Notes under the pieces: model-generated
Seen by the model: the letters and a program-made list of their open reading frames with translations, nothing else
What the model was told of the DNA's origin: nothing
Database searches by the model: none
Program-made: the position numbers and the translations under genes
Shown: positions 11,507 through 21,294 of the stretch, piece after piece
How the letters are laid out: each line of letters starts with the position of its first letter
How positions within the stretch are numbered: position 1 is the stretch's first letter
NCBI GenBank assembly: GCA_963713045.1
Contig: CAVQKE010000004.1
Coordinates: 64,001 to 128,000 of the forward strand
Direction: 5' to 3'
Length of the DNA stretch: 64,000 nucleotides
Source: an uncultured delta proteobacterium
Lineage (GTDB): Bacteria > Myxococcota > Myxococcia > Myxococcales > Myxococcaceae

Positions 11507-11731
11507 TCAACCTCCGGCGCGGAACATGATGAACATCGCCACCACGAAGCCGAGAATCGACATCGTCTCGGGAATGGCCAGCATGACGATGACGGTGGTA
11601 CTCAGCTCCGGCTTTTCGGCCAAGCTGGCCGCCGCCGCAGGTCCAATCCGCGACTGTGCCCACGCCGTGGCGAGCGTCGGGATGCCGATGGCGAGAGCCG
11701 CGCTCAGGGTGACCCAAAAGAGCTGCATCAT
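11507..11731 (-). CDS. ntpK: V/A-type ATP synthase proteolipid subunit K/c (single hairpin)
   Basis: Two TM helices, AQSRIG...IPETMSILG with ion-binding Glu; GGAGG RBS; ATGA overlap with subunit I stop. Confidence 0.92.
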   Translation of the reverse strand: MMQLFWVTLSAALAIGIPTLATAWAQSRIGPAAAASLAEKPELSTTVIVMLAIPETMSILGFVVAMFIMFRAGG

Positions 11732-13596
11732 GTTGTCCTCCAATGGCAGAACGGCTGGTACCGGACGCCGCCCGGGCTATAGAAGTGGCTAAAGAATTCC
11801 ACGTAGTGCAGACGGAGCCCTTGGATGGTGGGGCTGAAGAGGGCGAGGGCGAAGTTCACCAAGTGGAAGAGCAGCCCGAAGACCAGCCCCACCACGACGC
11901 TCCCGAAAGCGCCCGCCATGCGGTTGGCGACGACCGCCAGCATCACCGAGGCCGTCCCGAGCGCCATGATGCGCGCGTAGGACAGAATGTTTCCGGCCGT
12001 GGAAAGAAGCTCCACTGGGGCGATGATTCCCTCGGCGACGATGAGGAGAGGGAAGGCGACGAGGATCGCCACCACAAATGGGGTTAGGAGGGCGTGAGGA
12101 AGGACGCGGAACGCTGCGAGGAGTGCTCCCGCGATGAGGAGCATCATCAGCCCGGAAAGGCCGCGTCCGACGGCCTGGCGTCGGTGTCCGTGGATGGCGC
12201 TGGCCACGCCCAAGGCAAGGCCGAGCACGACGTGCACCAGGCCGAGCGCAACGCAAAGTCCGAGAAAGGAGAGGATGTCCCTTGGCTGCTCTCGGTCAAG
12301 GATGAGCGGCCGCATTCCGAACCAGCGCCGCCCCAAATCCCCGAAGCATTCGCCAAACAGAACGCCGAAAATTACGGTGAAGAGGGCGCAACCAAGGGCA
12401 ATCTCGGAAACCGCTCGGAGCGTCGTCCCTGGCTTGGAGCGTCGGCGAAACAGGAGCCCAAGCCCGCCGAGGACGACGCCGTAGCCCACGTCGCCGACCA
12501 TGAGGCCAAAAAACATGGGGAAGAAGATGGCGACAAAGGGCGTGGGGTCAATGCTCCCATACCGAGGAAGGGGCAGCATTCCCACCAGCAGCTGAAAGGG
12601 ACGGAAGAGTCGCGGGTTGTGCAGCACGACGGGTGCCTCTGCTGACCAGTGCTCTTCGGCGAGTTCTTCGACCGAAACCAGTGGGCCGACCGTCTCGGCG
12701 AGGCATGTCTTGAGCCGCGTCGCTCCGCTTGCGGGGATCCAGCCCTCGAGGACGAAGGCATGGCTTGTGGTGGCCGACAAGCGGAGTCCTTCGAGTTGGC
12801 TAAGGCGGTCGCGGATGCGGACCGCATCAGCGGCCAGCTGAGGCAGCTGGTCCGCAAGCCGGGCTTGGGCTCTGGCCACTTCCTCCAACTCGCTCGGAAT
12901 CCCTTGTAGACGCCGGACCATCAGAGGAAGTGCGTCGGCCAGCGCTTGGTCTTCGTAGCCACGGGGAAGAGGGACCTGCTCCACACCGCTCTCGCCGAGA
13001 ATCCGCTCCACGTGAGGTGCAATCCTCAACGGCACAAGCAGCAGGAGGACGAGTTCGCCACTGGCCAGAGGATGGGTGCGTAGTTCGTAGTCTTGACCCA
13101 GCGAGACGTCGAGCAAGGAGCGCAGGCGCGGGACGCTCCCGCTCTGTCCGGCGCGAAGCACCACCAGGTAGGCCCGAACCCCCTGCATCACCCCGGGCTG
13201 AAAGAGTTTTCCAAAGACCTCCATGACGTCCTGGTATTTGCTCAAGAGCGCGCGTTCTTCCTCGAGTGCCCGGCGCCGGCTCTGCAAACGCTCTGTCTCG
13301 CGCCGGACGCGTCGTGCCAGCCGTGCCGAGTGGGCCCATGAGGTTGTGCTCGGTGCCACTTCAGGCTTCGCCTGCGCAAAGGCAAGAAGCGTTGTGACAG
13401 TCTCAACATCGTTGAGGATGTGGTGGAGCTGGCGTTCGAGGCGCACTTCCCGCGGCGCGAGCTGGCCTGAGGCGAGGTGGTGCTCCTTGCCCGGGGGGGC
13501 AAGGTGGACAAGACCTAGGTCCTGCAGCGCTTCGAGCGCCTTGGGTAGCGCCTCGCGGGGACCCAGGACACGCACCCGGCACATGCGGAGAATCAT
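11728..13596 (-). CDS. ntpI: V/A-type ATP synthase subunit I/a
   Basis: LEGWIP, IDPTPF, GDVGYG, LSYARIMALG, RLHYVEFF. Confidence 0.95.
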   Translation of the reverse strand: MILRMCRVRVLGPREALPKALEALQDLGLVHLAPPGKEHHLASGQLAPREVRLERQLHHILNDVETVTTLLAFAQAKPEVAPSTTSWAHSARLARRVRRETERLQSRRRALEEERALLSKYQDVMEVFGKLFQPGVMQGVRAYLVVLRAGQSGSVPRLRSLLDVSLGQDYELRTHPLASGELVLLLLVPLRIAPHVERILGESGVEQVPLPRGYEDQALADALPLMVRRLQGIPSELEEVARAQARLADQLPQLAADAVRIRDRLSQLEGLRLSATTSHAFVLEGWIPASGATRLKTCLAETVGPLVSVEELAEEHWSAEAPVVLHNPRLFRPFQLLVGMLPLPRYGSIDPTPFVAIFFPMFFGLMVGDVGYGVVLGGLGLLFRRRSKPGTTLRAVSEIALGCALFTVIFGVLFGECFGDLGRRWFGMRPLILDREQPRDILSFLGLCVALGLVHVVLGLALGVASAIHGHRRQAVGRGLSGLMMLLIAGALLAAFRVLPHALLTPFVVAILVAFPLLIVAEGIIAPVELLSTAGNILSYARIMALGTASVMLAVVANRMAGAFGSVVVGLVFGLLFHLVNFALALFSPTIQGLRLHYVEFFSHFYSPGGVRYQPFCHWRTT

Positions 13597-13922
13597 GGCC
13601 GCTCCTCCGCCTCGTTCTCGAGGAGCGTCCGAAGGACAAAAAGTGCCAGCTCCTTGAGCCGGTCAGCGCTGACATCGGTGTACATCCCAACGCGCTCCTG
13701 AGCTTGGGCTGCGATGCGCTGCAGCTCGACCTCAACCGCGGCCGCCGTCTCCGCTTCAGCGCGGGCGCGCCCGGCTCGCGTGTCCCCTTCCACGCGACGG
13801 GCGACAGCCAGAGCGTCGGCCCGGGCGACCTCGAGCAGTCGAGTCGCAGCGGCCGTCGCCTCATCCAGGCGTGCGGCAATGCGTCGCTCTGCCTCGAGCA
13901 GCTGATCCAGGTCGTCCTTCAC
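13593..13922 (-). CDS. V/A-type ATP synthase subunit G/H (peripheral stalk)
   Basis: 109-aa Ala/Glu-rich coiled coil (LLEAERRIAARLDEA), first gene of operon. Confidence 0.75.
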   Translation of the reverse strand: MKDDLDQLLEAERRIAARLDEATAAATRLLEVARADALAVARRVEGDTRAGRARAEAETAAAVEVELQRIAAQAQERVGMYTDVSADRLKELALFVLRTLLENEAEERP

Positions 13923-13958
13923 TTCAACCCAAGTGCACTAGAGTGGTGTCCGTCCTAC

Positions 13959-13975
13959 TGCAAGGAGCAGTCCCT
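13959..13975 (-). promoter_or_regulatory. Putative sigma54 promoter of V/A-ATPase operon
   Basis: AGGGACTGCTCCTTGCA = GG-N10-GC with TTGCA; -24 flank imperfect. Confidence 0.5.
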
Positions 13976-14110
13976 TCTGTGACGCATCGCCATCGCGGTT
14001 CCCCGGCCGCTTCCCCTCGGCAATGCCTCGTGATTCGGACTGAAGTCCCGTCTGTCCGAGACCGCATCCGAGAAACTCCATGGACAAAGCTGCGGCTTCC
14101 CGGAGCCAGA

Positions 14111-14125
14111 GCGCAGAGTTTGCGT
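14111..14125. promoter_or_regulatory. NmpR-like enhancer box
   Basis: GCGCA-GAGTT-TGCGT, about 135 bp upstream of the sigma54 site. Confidence 0.6.
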
Positions 14126-14246
14126 TTGCTCCAGCCGTGGTGCTGAGGCGAATTGGATGCCTCGGCGGCGGGGGAGCAGCACCGGTGGCACGCAGGCCAG
14201 GTCCGTCGGCGGCTAGCCCGTCAGGCCGTCCGCGGCTACCTCTTCG

Positions 14247-14834
14247 TCAGGGCGGGGCAGCCTGAGCAACCCGCTGGGCCACGCTTGGGTCTGCCTTGCG
14301 AACTGCGCCAAGGGCAAAATCCGAGGCGAACGCCTCAACGGCCGCCCAGTCCGTGTATTCGTAGTCGCGAGAGGTGTCGGTGTCCCCGCCCTCTTTCGAG
14401 GCGATGCGACGCATCACGAAACGAATCAAGGGATTGTATTTGGAGTATTGGAGCGCGCCGGCAAACAGTTCCACCCGCTCGGGCCGCCACCCGGTGTTCC
14501 GAATGAACTTGTCAACGACCTCGCGGGTCTGAGCGCGGCCGTCGCTGGTCTTGCTTGCGAGCGCAAGTCCCACCGAGAAAAAGGCTGAGGGAACCTGCTC
14601 GAGGGCCTGACGATGCTGGCGGACGAAGCGCACCATCGACCTTAGGTATCCCTGAGCTCGAACCGGCGAACCGACGATGATGCGGTCAAACTGGTTTGTG
14701 TCGTACACGGGTGGTTGGTCCGCGTCGACCAACGCGACAGCTGAACCCCGGGAACGGATGACATCGGCGATGCGTCGCGCAATCTTCTCCGTCTGACCTT
14801 CTCGCGTCGCGTACACAATCAATACATTCGGCAT
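14247..14834 (-). CDS. hemG: Flavodoxin-fold menaquinone-dependent protoporphyrinogen oxidase (HemG-like)
   Basis: LIVYATREGQTEKIA, AFFSV, FAGALQYSKY, DYEYTDWAAV; start at MPNVL. Confidence 0.85.
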   Translation of the reverse strand: MPNVLIVYATREGQTEKIARRIADVIRSRGSAVALVDADQPPVYDTNQFDRIIVGSPVRAQGYLRSMVRFVRQHRQALEQVPSAFFSVGLALASKTSDGRAQTREVVDKFIRNTGWRPERVELFAGALQYSKYNPLIRFVMRRIASKEGGDTDTSRDYEYTDWAAVEAFASDFALGAVRKADPSVAQRVAQAAPP

Positions 14835-14865
14835 GGAACCGCCTTGAAAGGCCAAAATTACAATC

Positions 14866-14882
14866 TGCAACTTTCGATCCCA
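14866..14882 (-). promoter_or_regulatory. Putative sigma54 promoter of hemG-like gene
   Basis: TGGGATCGAAAGTTGCA = GG-N10-GC. Confidence 0.55.
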
Positions 14883-14977
14883 AAGGCAGCGGAAGCCGAG
14901 GTGAAAGGTAAACTCTCGGACTGCCAAGGCTGGGCCGTCGAGCGCGACACAGTATTTCTCGTGTAGGGCTCGCAACT

Positions 14978-14992
14978 CCGCAACGATTGCGC
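14978..14992. promoter_or_regulatory. NmpR-like enhancer box
   Basis: CCGCA-ACGAT-TGCGC. Confidence 0.6.
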
Positions 14993-15198
14993 TCCCGCCA
15001 CAGTCTTGGGCTAGCGCCTGCGAGGTGTGAAAGTCCACCTCGGGGCGAAGCCTCTAAAGGGCCCCCAAAGCGCCCCAAACGGCAGCCTCAGGTGCCCTTG
15101 GCCGCCTGTGGCGATGGCATTTTTTGTAACACGCGGCCCGAGAGGGCGGGATGACCGCGAAGGCGCTCCTTCGAAATAACCAACAAGCTGCGCCTGCG

Positions 15199-17343
15199 CT
15201 AGGCGAGCTTGAGAGGGAGCGAGCGAAGGCGCTGGCCAGTCAGCGCGAAGACGGCATTCGCCACCGCTGCGTTGATGGGGGCCGTCGCCGGCTCGCCGAT
15301 GCCGCCCATTTTGCCCTTGCTTGGAACGATGTGGACTTCCACCTTGGGCATCTCGTTCAGGCGTAGAACGACGTAGTCGTTGAAGTTGCTCTCCTGGACT
15401 CTCCCTTCTTTGAGCGTCAAAGCGCTGTGCAGTGTTGGGCTGAGGCCATAGGCCACGCTTCCTTGCACCTGCGCCTCCAAGGAAAGCGGGTTGACCGCCA
15501 GGCCGCAATCCACCGCACACACCACCTTGGTGACGCGAATGTTCTTGGACTTATCGACCGAGACCTCGGCCACTTGGGCGACGATGCTGCCGAAGGAGGC
15601 ATGCAAGGCGAGCCCGCGGGCCGTTCCTGCGGGGGGCGGCGTACCCCAACCTGCCTTTTGTGCGGCCAGCTTCAGGACTGCCAGCTGGCGTGGCTGTCCC
15701 TTCAGCATCTCCAAACGGTAAGCGAGCGGGTCCATCTGCGCCTGGTGCGCCAGCTCATCCAGCGTGCATTCCATGGCGAATGCGGTGTGGGTATTGCCCA
15801 CCGACCGCCACCACAAGACGGGGACGGCGTTTCGGGGCGAGTGCAGGGTGATGAGCTTGGCCCGGACGGCTTCAAGGTAGGGCGAGTCCACTACGCCTTC
15901 CACCGAAGACTCGTCGATGCCGTTCTTGACCATGGCCTCGAAGGGCGTTCCCGCCAGAAGCGACTGCCCAACCACGGTGTGTTTCCAGGCGACGGGAAAG
16001 CCCTGGCCATTGACCCCCACCTGGACGCGGTGGAGGAAGAGCGGCCGGTAGTAGCCGCCGTGCATGTCGTCCTCCCGCGTCCAGAGGACCTTCACCGGGA
16101 CGCCGCTGGCCTTGGCGACGTGCACCGCCTCGGAAACGAAGTCTGAAGTGGGATTGGCGCGGCGCCCGAAACCCCCGCCCAAGAAGGTGGTGTGGATGTA
16201 CACCTTGTCCGTCGAGAGCCCGCTGATTTTCGCCGCCACCGCCTGGTCGTTGGTCTGGAACTGCGTGCCCACCCAGACGTCGCAACGTTCTTTCTCCAAG
16301 CGGACGGTGCAATTGAGAGGCTCCATGGCTGCGTGCGCCAGGTACGGGACGTCGTATTCGGCGAGCAGCTGGCGGGAGGCGGAAGCGAGCGAAGCCTCGC
16401 AGTCCCCCTTCTTGAGGACCAGTACGCCCGGCTTCTGAGCCATCACCCGGTAGCTGGCAAGCAGCTGCGTCGTGTCCACCTCTTGGCCCGGCCCCAAATC
16501 CCACTGCACGTCCAATTCGTCCCGGCCAGAGCGGGCCGCCCAGAAGTTGCTGGCCACCACCGCCACGCCGGACGGCACCTGAACCACCATTTCCACCCCG
16601 GGCACGGCCTTGGCCTTGGTGGCGTCAAACGACTTGACCTTCGCGCCAAAAACGGGCCCCCGCAGCACCACCGCCGTCCGAAGCCCGGGAAACTGGATGT
16701 CGATTCCGAACTGAGCCTTCCCCGAGATTTTCTGCGGCGTGTCCAGCCTGGGCGTCGGCTTGCCAATCAGCTTCCACTGACTGGACGGCTTGAGCGTGAC
16801 GGCCGTCGGCGGCGTCAGCGCCTGCGCGGCTTCGGCCAACTCTCCGAAGGAGAGCCGTTCCGTCCCTTTCACTACGAAACCGTTGTCCACGCTCAGCTGT
16901 TTCGGGTTGACCTTCCAGCGCGCTGCGGCGGCACGGACCAGCATTTCCCGCGCCATAGCTCCGACGGTGCGGTAACGGTCGAATTCGGACCACGTGCTGC
17001 TGGAGCCGCCCGTCATCTGCATGCCAAAGCCGGTGTGGAAATAGGCCGGGGCCGCGGGCGCAGTCTCCACGCGGATTTTGGCCCAGTCGCATTCCAGCTC
17101 TTCGGCCAGAAGCATCGGCAGCGTCGTCCAAATGCTTTGCCCCATCTCCGAATGGGACAGCTGCACCGTCACCAAGCCGTCCGGGGCGATTTTTAAGAAG
17201 GCATTGGGCGCCGGCAACGGGTGCTTAGGTCCGGCGGCGAGCAGGAGGGCCTCAGCCTTGCGCGGAATGTGAAAGGCGATGACCAGTGAGGCGCCAGAGA
17301 GAACCGAGGAGCTGAGGAAGGTGCGTCGAGAAATGGCATTCAT
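15199..17343 (-). CDS. Xanthine dehydrogenase-family molybdopterin subunit (isoquinoline 1-oxidoreductase beta-like), Tat-exported
   Basis: SRRTFL Tat motif; [33 protein letters not shown]. Confidence 0.92.
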   Translation of the reverse strand: MNAISRRTFLSSSVLSGASLVIAFHIPRKAEALLLAAGPKHPLPAPNAFLKIAPDGLVTVQLSHSEMGQSIWTTLPMLLAEELECDWAKIRVETAPAAPAYFHTGFGMQMTGGSSSTWSEFDRYRTVGAMAREMLVRAAAARWKVNPKQLSVDNGFVVKGTERLSFGELAEAAQALTPPTAVTLKPSSQWKLIGKPTPRLDTPQKISGKAQFGIDIQFPGLRTAVVLRGPVFGAKVKSFDATKAKAVPGVEMVVQVPSGVAVVASNFWAARSGRDELDVQWDLGPGQEVDTTQLLASYRVMAQKPGVLVLKKGDCEASLASASRQLLAEYDVPYLAHAAMEPLNCTVRLEKERCDVWVGTQFQTNDQAVAAKISGLSTDKVYIHTTFLGGGFGRRANPTSDFVSEAVHVAKASGVPVKVLWTREDDMHGGYYRPLFLHRVQVGVNGQGFPVAWKHTVVGQSLLAGTPFEAMVKNGIDESSVEGVVDSPYLEAVRAKLITLHSPRNAVPVLWWRSVGNTHTAFAMECTLDELAHQAQMDPLAYRLEMLKGQPRQLAVLKLAAQKAGWGTPPPAGTARGLALHASFGSIVAQVAEVSVDKSKNIRVTKVVCAVDCGLAVNPLSLEAQVQGSVAYGLSPTLHSALTLKEGRVQESNFNDYVVLRLNEMPKVEVHIVPSKGKMGGIGEPATAPINAAVANAVFALTGQRLRSLPLKLA

Positions 17344-17798
17344 CGCGAGGCCCTCGATGCCGCAGCGCGGTGGACTGCCTCGCGGATGCGCTGGTAGGCC
17401 CCGCACCGACACAGGTTACCGGCCATGGCCTCGTCGATGTCGGCGTCGGTGGGACTCGGCTTCTGGGCCAGCAGCGCCGCTGCGGCCATGATTTGGCCGG
17501 ACTGGCAATACCCGCACTGGACGACGTCCAATTCGGCCCACGCGCGCTGCACGGGGTGGGTCGCGTCGGCCGAGAGGCCTTCGATGGTTGTCACCTTCCG
17601 CGTCCCCACCGCAGCCGCGGGCGTGACGCAGGACCGCACCGCTTTGCCGTCGAGGAGCACCGTACACGCGCCGCATTGGGAGACGCCACAGCCAAACTTG
17701 GTGCCGGTGAAGCCCAGCAAATCCCGGAGGACCCAGAGGAGCGGCATGTCGTCCGGAGGAGAAACTTCAACTTCCTTCTCGTTCACGACGAGCTTCAT
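17340..17798 (-). CDS. (2Fe-2S)-binding subunit (IorA-like)
   Basis: [31 protein letters not shown]. Confidence 0.95.
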   Translation of the reverse strand: MKLVVNEKEVEVSPPDDMPLLWVLRDLLGFTGTKFGCGVSQCGACTVLLDGKAVRSCVTPAAAVGTRKVTTIEGLSADATHPVQRAWAELDVVQCGYCQSGQIMAAAALLAQKPSPTDADIDEAMAGNLCRCGAYQRIREAVHRAAASRASR

Positions 17799-17929
17799 CC
17801 GAGACCCCCTGCGTGGCCTGATTCGCGCATACCCTAAGGGCTTCCCCCGCCTGGCGCCACAGTCTGTTACGGCTGGTCGTTCGGACTAACTACGCGGCGC
17901 AAATTGTCAACATCCGTCGGTTTGGGACG

Positions 17930-18117
17930 CACGGCGCCCATGACTCAATGCCTCGCCGCCGGTCTGGTCGACAAGATGGTTATCAGCCTGGTTCCGAGTC
18001 TGCTCAAAAGTGGTGAGCCTCTGTTCGAGTGGCCTTGGAGAGGACATGCACGGGCTCAGGCTCGTGCAGACGGTAGCTGCCCGAGGCGTCACCCACCTGA
18101 AGTTTATACGGCACTGA
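17930..18117 (+). pseudogene. 3' remnant of DHFR/RibD_C-family gene
   Basis: QCLAAGLVDKMVISLVPSLLKSGEPLFE, then after frameshifts GLGEDMHGLRLVQTVAA..GVTHLKFIRH-stop; N-terminus missing. Confidence 0.65.
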
Positions 18118-18137
18118 CAGAGCGGCGCGCTCGGCAG

Positions 18138-18494
18138 CTACTTCTTGGCCTCGGCGATGCGCGCCCGGAGGAGCTTCCGAACGAGAGAGGCCGGCAGAGG
18201 CTTTCTTGGGTCGAAGTGGAGGGAGCCCTTCGTTTGGTGGTAGCCACGAACGTCGGTAGCCAGCGTCGTGAGTGTTCTTCCGCTGAAGGGGAAATAGGAG
18301 CACCCCTTCGTCGTCGCGAGGAATCCCGCAACGACGGCGCCGTTGAGGCGAAAGGCCGGCATGCGGTAGCTGATGCACTCCTCTGCCTCCGGGACGATGG
18401 ACAGGATGGTTTTGCGGAGCCGTTCGAGCGCAAGCCGTCGGTCGCCGGTCACGCTCGCGAGGTACTCGCCGATGCTGTCGAACTTTGGGAGCAT
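18138..18494 (-). CDS. DUF1801 (YdhG-like) protein
   Basis: SIGEYLA, PEAEECISYRMPAF, TKGSLHF, LVRKLLRARIAE. Confidence 0.85.
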   Translation of the reverse strand: MLPKFDSIGEYLASVTGDRRLALERLRKTILSIVPEAEECISYRMPAFRLNGAVVAGFLATTKGCSYFPFSGRTLTTLATDVRGYHQTKGSLHFDPRKPLPASLVRKLLRARIAEAKK

Positions 18495-18521
18495 CCGGGC
18501 ATACGAGAAAGCGGAATCGAG

Positions 18522-18595
18522 TGGCTAGGGTGAGACTCGAACTCACTACCTGCGGATTATGAGACCGCCGCTCTAACCAGTTGAGCTACCTAGCC
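18522..18595 (-). tRNA. tRNA-Met(CAT), elongator-like; CCA not encoded
   Basis: GGCTAGGTAGCTCAACTGGTTAGAGCGGCGGTCTCATAATCCGCAGGTAGTGAGTTCGAGTCTCACCCTAGCCA folds as a cloverleaf with loop CTCATAA; Ile2 identity not strictly excluded. Confidence 0.92.
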
Positions 18596-18944
18596 GGTTG
18601 ACTCTAAGCAACTGTAACCACTACATTTCTCTGCGTCTAAAGGGGCGCTGAGGGTCCCCCGTGGGGACACGTAGGGGACGCTTCCGGACCTCCCGCCTGG
18701 AAGGTCTTGGGGTCTATCCGTCCTGGGAGTGGCTCATAAGCTTGTGCATGATGGCGGTCGATACCCCGGCTTCGGCCAGAAGTGAAGCGGGGAGCGGCGA
18801 AGGTCGTGGAAGAATTCGAGGCGGCGCTTGGCGCCCAAGCCGGCCTCACTCATCACGCGGCGAAGGCGGCGCTCGAGGTCGCAGTGTCCGCCATCCGCTC
18901 GTCGCCCTTACCCAGACAGACCCAAGCGGAGCCGCAACACCGTC

Positions 18945-19284
18945 TCACCAGAACGCAACTGCCACGGCGGCGAGAATCAGGCCGAAGGAAACGAGATAGC
19001 GGAGCTGAAACCCCTCGCCCAGCCAAAAGGCTGCGAAGGCCATAAAGACGACCAGCGTGATGGCGCCTCCTGCATCACTTTGAGTTGATAGGCCGTAGCT
19101 ACCCCGTACTTGACTCGGTTCGCCGGCACCTGAAGGCAGTACTCAAAGAAAGCAATTCCCCAGCTCGCCAGAATGGCGAGCCAGAGCGGGGAGCTGCTCT
19201 TGAACCGCAAGTGGCCGTACCAGGCCGCTGTCATGAAACAATTTGAGAGGAGGAGAAGAAGGCCGCCTTGAGTCGAGCATCCAT
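18945..19284 (-). pseudogene. DMT/DUF486-family small membrane protein with two frameshifts
   Basis: MDARLKAA / LLLLLSNCFMTAAWYGHLRF...SWGIAFFEYCLQVPANR...QLKVMQE / AITLVVFMAFAAFWLGEG...AVAFW; indels near 19260 and 19065. Confidence 0.75.
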
Positions 19285-19629
19285 GGGTCGAGTCTAGCGA
19301 ACAGGAGAAACGAGAGGCGTTTCGCGGCTTGGCCATGGCTCACTGTTCTTGCAGACGCCCGGAGCTTTTCGGCCCGGGCTGCCTCTTCCGCCCGGTAGCG
19401 CGCCTTTTGTCGTAAATGTCGCTCTCGCCGGCGGGCCTCTTCCTCGGCCTCCCGTCGTTCGCAGTCAAGCTGCCACTGTGGCTTCCTGGGGAAGCGATGG
19501 CGGCGGGTCCCCCTCAGTCGCTGGGCGGGAGTCGGCCGTGACTCGGAGCGGCGGCTCGCGGTCGGCCAGGTCTCGACGTGGCCACGGGAGCCTCCCACCA
19601 GCCTCCTTGGGTGGATTCGTACCGACTCG

Positions 19630-19956
19630 CTATGCCTGCTCCGTCTTGCGGCGCTCCTGAACCGAGTAATGGGCGGAGCGCTCCTCGAAGCGGGATAGAA
19701 GCGCTCTCGCAGCTGCCGGTACCACTGCAGCTTCTAAGTCTTTACCTGCGAATTCTCGAACAGCGTCAAGAGAGGCGAACCACATGATGGTGACAAACTC
19801 TACCTCGGTGTTTCCTTCCCGTCGGAGAAGGTCGATCCCCTGAAATCCAGGAATGCGACGATTGGCAATCGCTTCGAAGATTTCTGAGCGAAGGAGCGCC
19901 TCATAGGCGTTGGCGTTCTTAGCCGTCGTCCAGCCGTGCCAGATGCGACAGATCAT
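19630..19956 (-). CDS. Antibiotic-biosynthesis-monooxygenase-like (dimeric alpha/beta barrel) protein
   Basis: MICRIWHGWT, EFVTIMWFASLDAVREFAG, AVVP..AR.LL.RF motifs. Confidence 0.85.
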   Translation of the reverse strand: MICRIWHGWTTAKNANAYEALLRSEIFEAIANRRIPGFQGIDLLRREGNTEVEFVTIMWFASLDAVREFAGKDLEAAVVPAAARALLSRFEERSAHYSVQERRKTEQA

Positions 19957-20105
19957 TCAACAGGCCCCCGGAAAGAGGCGGATTTATACCTCGAGCTGTC
20001 GACCGCCAGTAGCCGGCCCTACCTCAAACAGTCGTCGAGGCTGGGCCCGGACGGCCGTCTGAAGGTCGCCGCGGAGACGGCATGCAAGCGTGGTGTCCGA
20101 ACCTG

Positions 20106-20873
20106 TCACTGGACTGGCAACGGCGGCCCAAGTCTGAGACCGGGCGACACTGCAGCCGTAGTTGCCGCTGGCCGCTTCCCGCGAAGCGACAGACCGCGCT
20201 GAGCGGAGAGCCAGTCGAGCCAGGCCCCCATCCCCTCGCCAGTCAACGCAGAAACCGGGAGCAGCCGCACGGAGGGCATGACGCGGGACAGCGCATCGGC
20301 GATGCGCTCCAGTTTGATGTCGGGAAGGTGTGGGAGCAGGTCGACCTTGGTCACCAAGACGAGGTCCGCCTTGCGAAACATCACCGGATACTTGAGCGGC
20401 TTGTCCTCTCCTTCGGTGACGCTGAGAGCAACGACGTTGGCCGCTTGGCCAAGGTCATAGATGGCCGGACACACGAGGTTCCCCACGTTCTCGATGACGA
20501 GAAGGTCGAGGTCCGTCCAGGGGAAGTCGTGCAGCGCTCGGTGCACCAGCTCTGCGTCGAGGTGGCAAGCCGACCCAGTCGTGATTTCGCGCGCCGGAAT
20601 CCCCGCCGCGCGGAGCCGGGCGGCGTCGCGGTCCGTCGCCAGGTCCCCGCTCAAGGCACCGAGACGGATGCGGCCCTTGGACAACCGCGCTGTCGCCTCA
20701 AGCAAGGCCGTCTTGCCAGAGCCCGGCGAACCCATCAGGTTCACCGCCAGCACCCCCAGCCTCTCAAAGTGTTCCCGGGTGTGACGTGCCAGCGCGTCAT
20801 TCGCGGTCAGGATGCGGTCATGCACTTCCACAGGCACCAGCGACTCGTCCCCACATCCGCATGATTCGCACAT
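20106..20873 (-). CDS. hypB: Hydrogenase nickel-incorporation GTPase HypB
   Basis: MCESCGC, GSPGSGKT, CHLDA, ENVGNLVCPA, EGEDKPLKYP. Confidence 0.96.
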   Translation of the reverse strand: MCESCGCGDESLVPVEVHDRILTANDALARHTREHFERLGVLAVNLMGSPGSGKTALLEATARLSKGRIRLGALSGDLATDRDAARLRAAGIPAREITTGSACHLDAELVHRALHDFPWTDLDLLVIENVGNLVCPAIYDLGQAANVVALSVTEGEDKPLKYPVMFRKADLVLVTKVDLLPHLPDIKLERIADALSRVMPSVRLLPVSALTGEGMGAWLDWLSAQRGLSLRGKRPAATTAAVSPGLRLGPPLPVQ

Positions 20874-20886
20874 TGGTCGTTCTCCG

Positions 20887-21294
20887 TTAGGGTCCTAGCT
20901 TGCTCACCGAGACGAGGTAGGCCACCAAGTCCCAGCTCTCCGCCTCCGAAAGCGCACTCCACGAGGGCATCGGCGTCCCGGGGACGCCCTCGCGAATGGC
21001 GCGGTAGGCCCGTGCCGGTGCGTCATCGCCGCTCCATTGTGGACTGGTAAAGTCCGCCGGCTGGCGGTCCAGTCCGAGGCTACGCACGCCACGTCCATCG
21101 GCGTGCTCTCCGTGACAGAGCACGCAGTACCGGAGAAACAGCTGCCGTCCGCGCTGGCGTGCATCGGCAGAGCGAACTTGGCTCCAAGGCACGGCCACAC
21201 TGGCCGGCGAAGACTCACCGCACCTCATAGTGCAGGCCGAAGAGGCCAAGAGCATCATCACCCACCAGGCCAGGTGTCTTGGATGTCTCATCAC
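20887..21294 (-). CDS. Monoheme c-type cytochrome, exported (possible lipoprotein)
   Basis: Hydrophobic N-terminus ending in AC; CVLCH heme motif; GTPMPSW axial Met. Confidence 0.85.
   Translation of the reverse strand: MMRHPRHLAWWVMMLLASSACTMRCGESSPASVAVPWSQVRSADARQRGRQLFLRYCVLCHGEHADGRGVRSLGLDRQPADFTSPQWSGDDAPARAYRAIREGVPGTPMPSWSALSEAESWDLVAYLVSVSKLGP

Noticed and set aside
14885..15100. Glycine, c-di-GMP-I or Moco riboswitch, or RNase P-like words (AAACTCTC, CTCAGG, GAAAGTCC)
   Set aside because: Only scattered words; conserved cores and order are missing, and no gene lies downstream on that strand
18782..18900. HU-like helix fragment (EEFEAALGAQAGLTHHAAKAALE)
   Set aside because: Too short; the HU signature is absent
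18500..19000. Prophage/ICE integration at tRNA-Met
   Set aside because: No integrase, phage genes or visible duplicated tRNA 3' end in the window
19143..19598. 151-aa ORF with a charged coiled-coil stretch
   Set aside because: No family motif, overlaps the DMT gene, weak start
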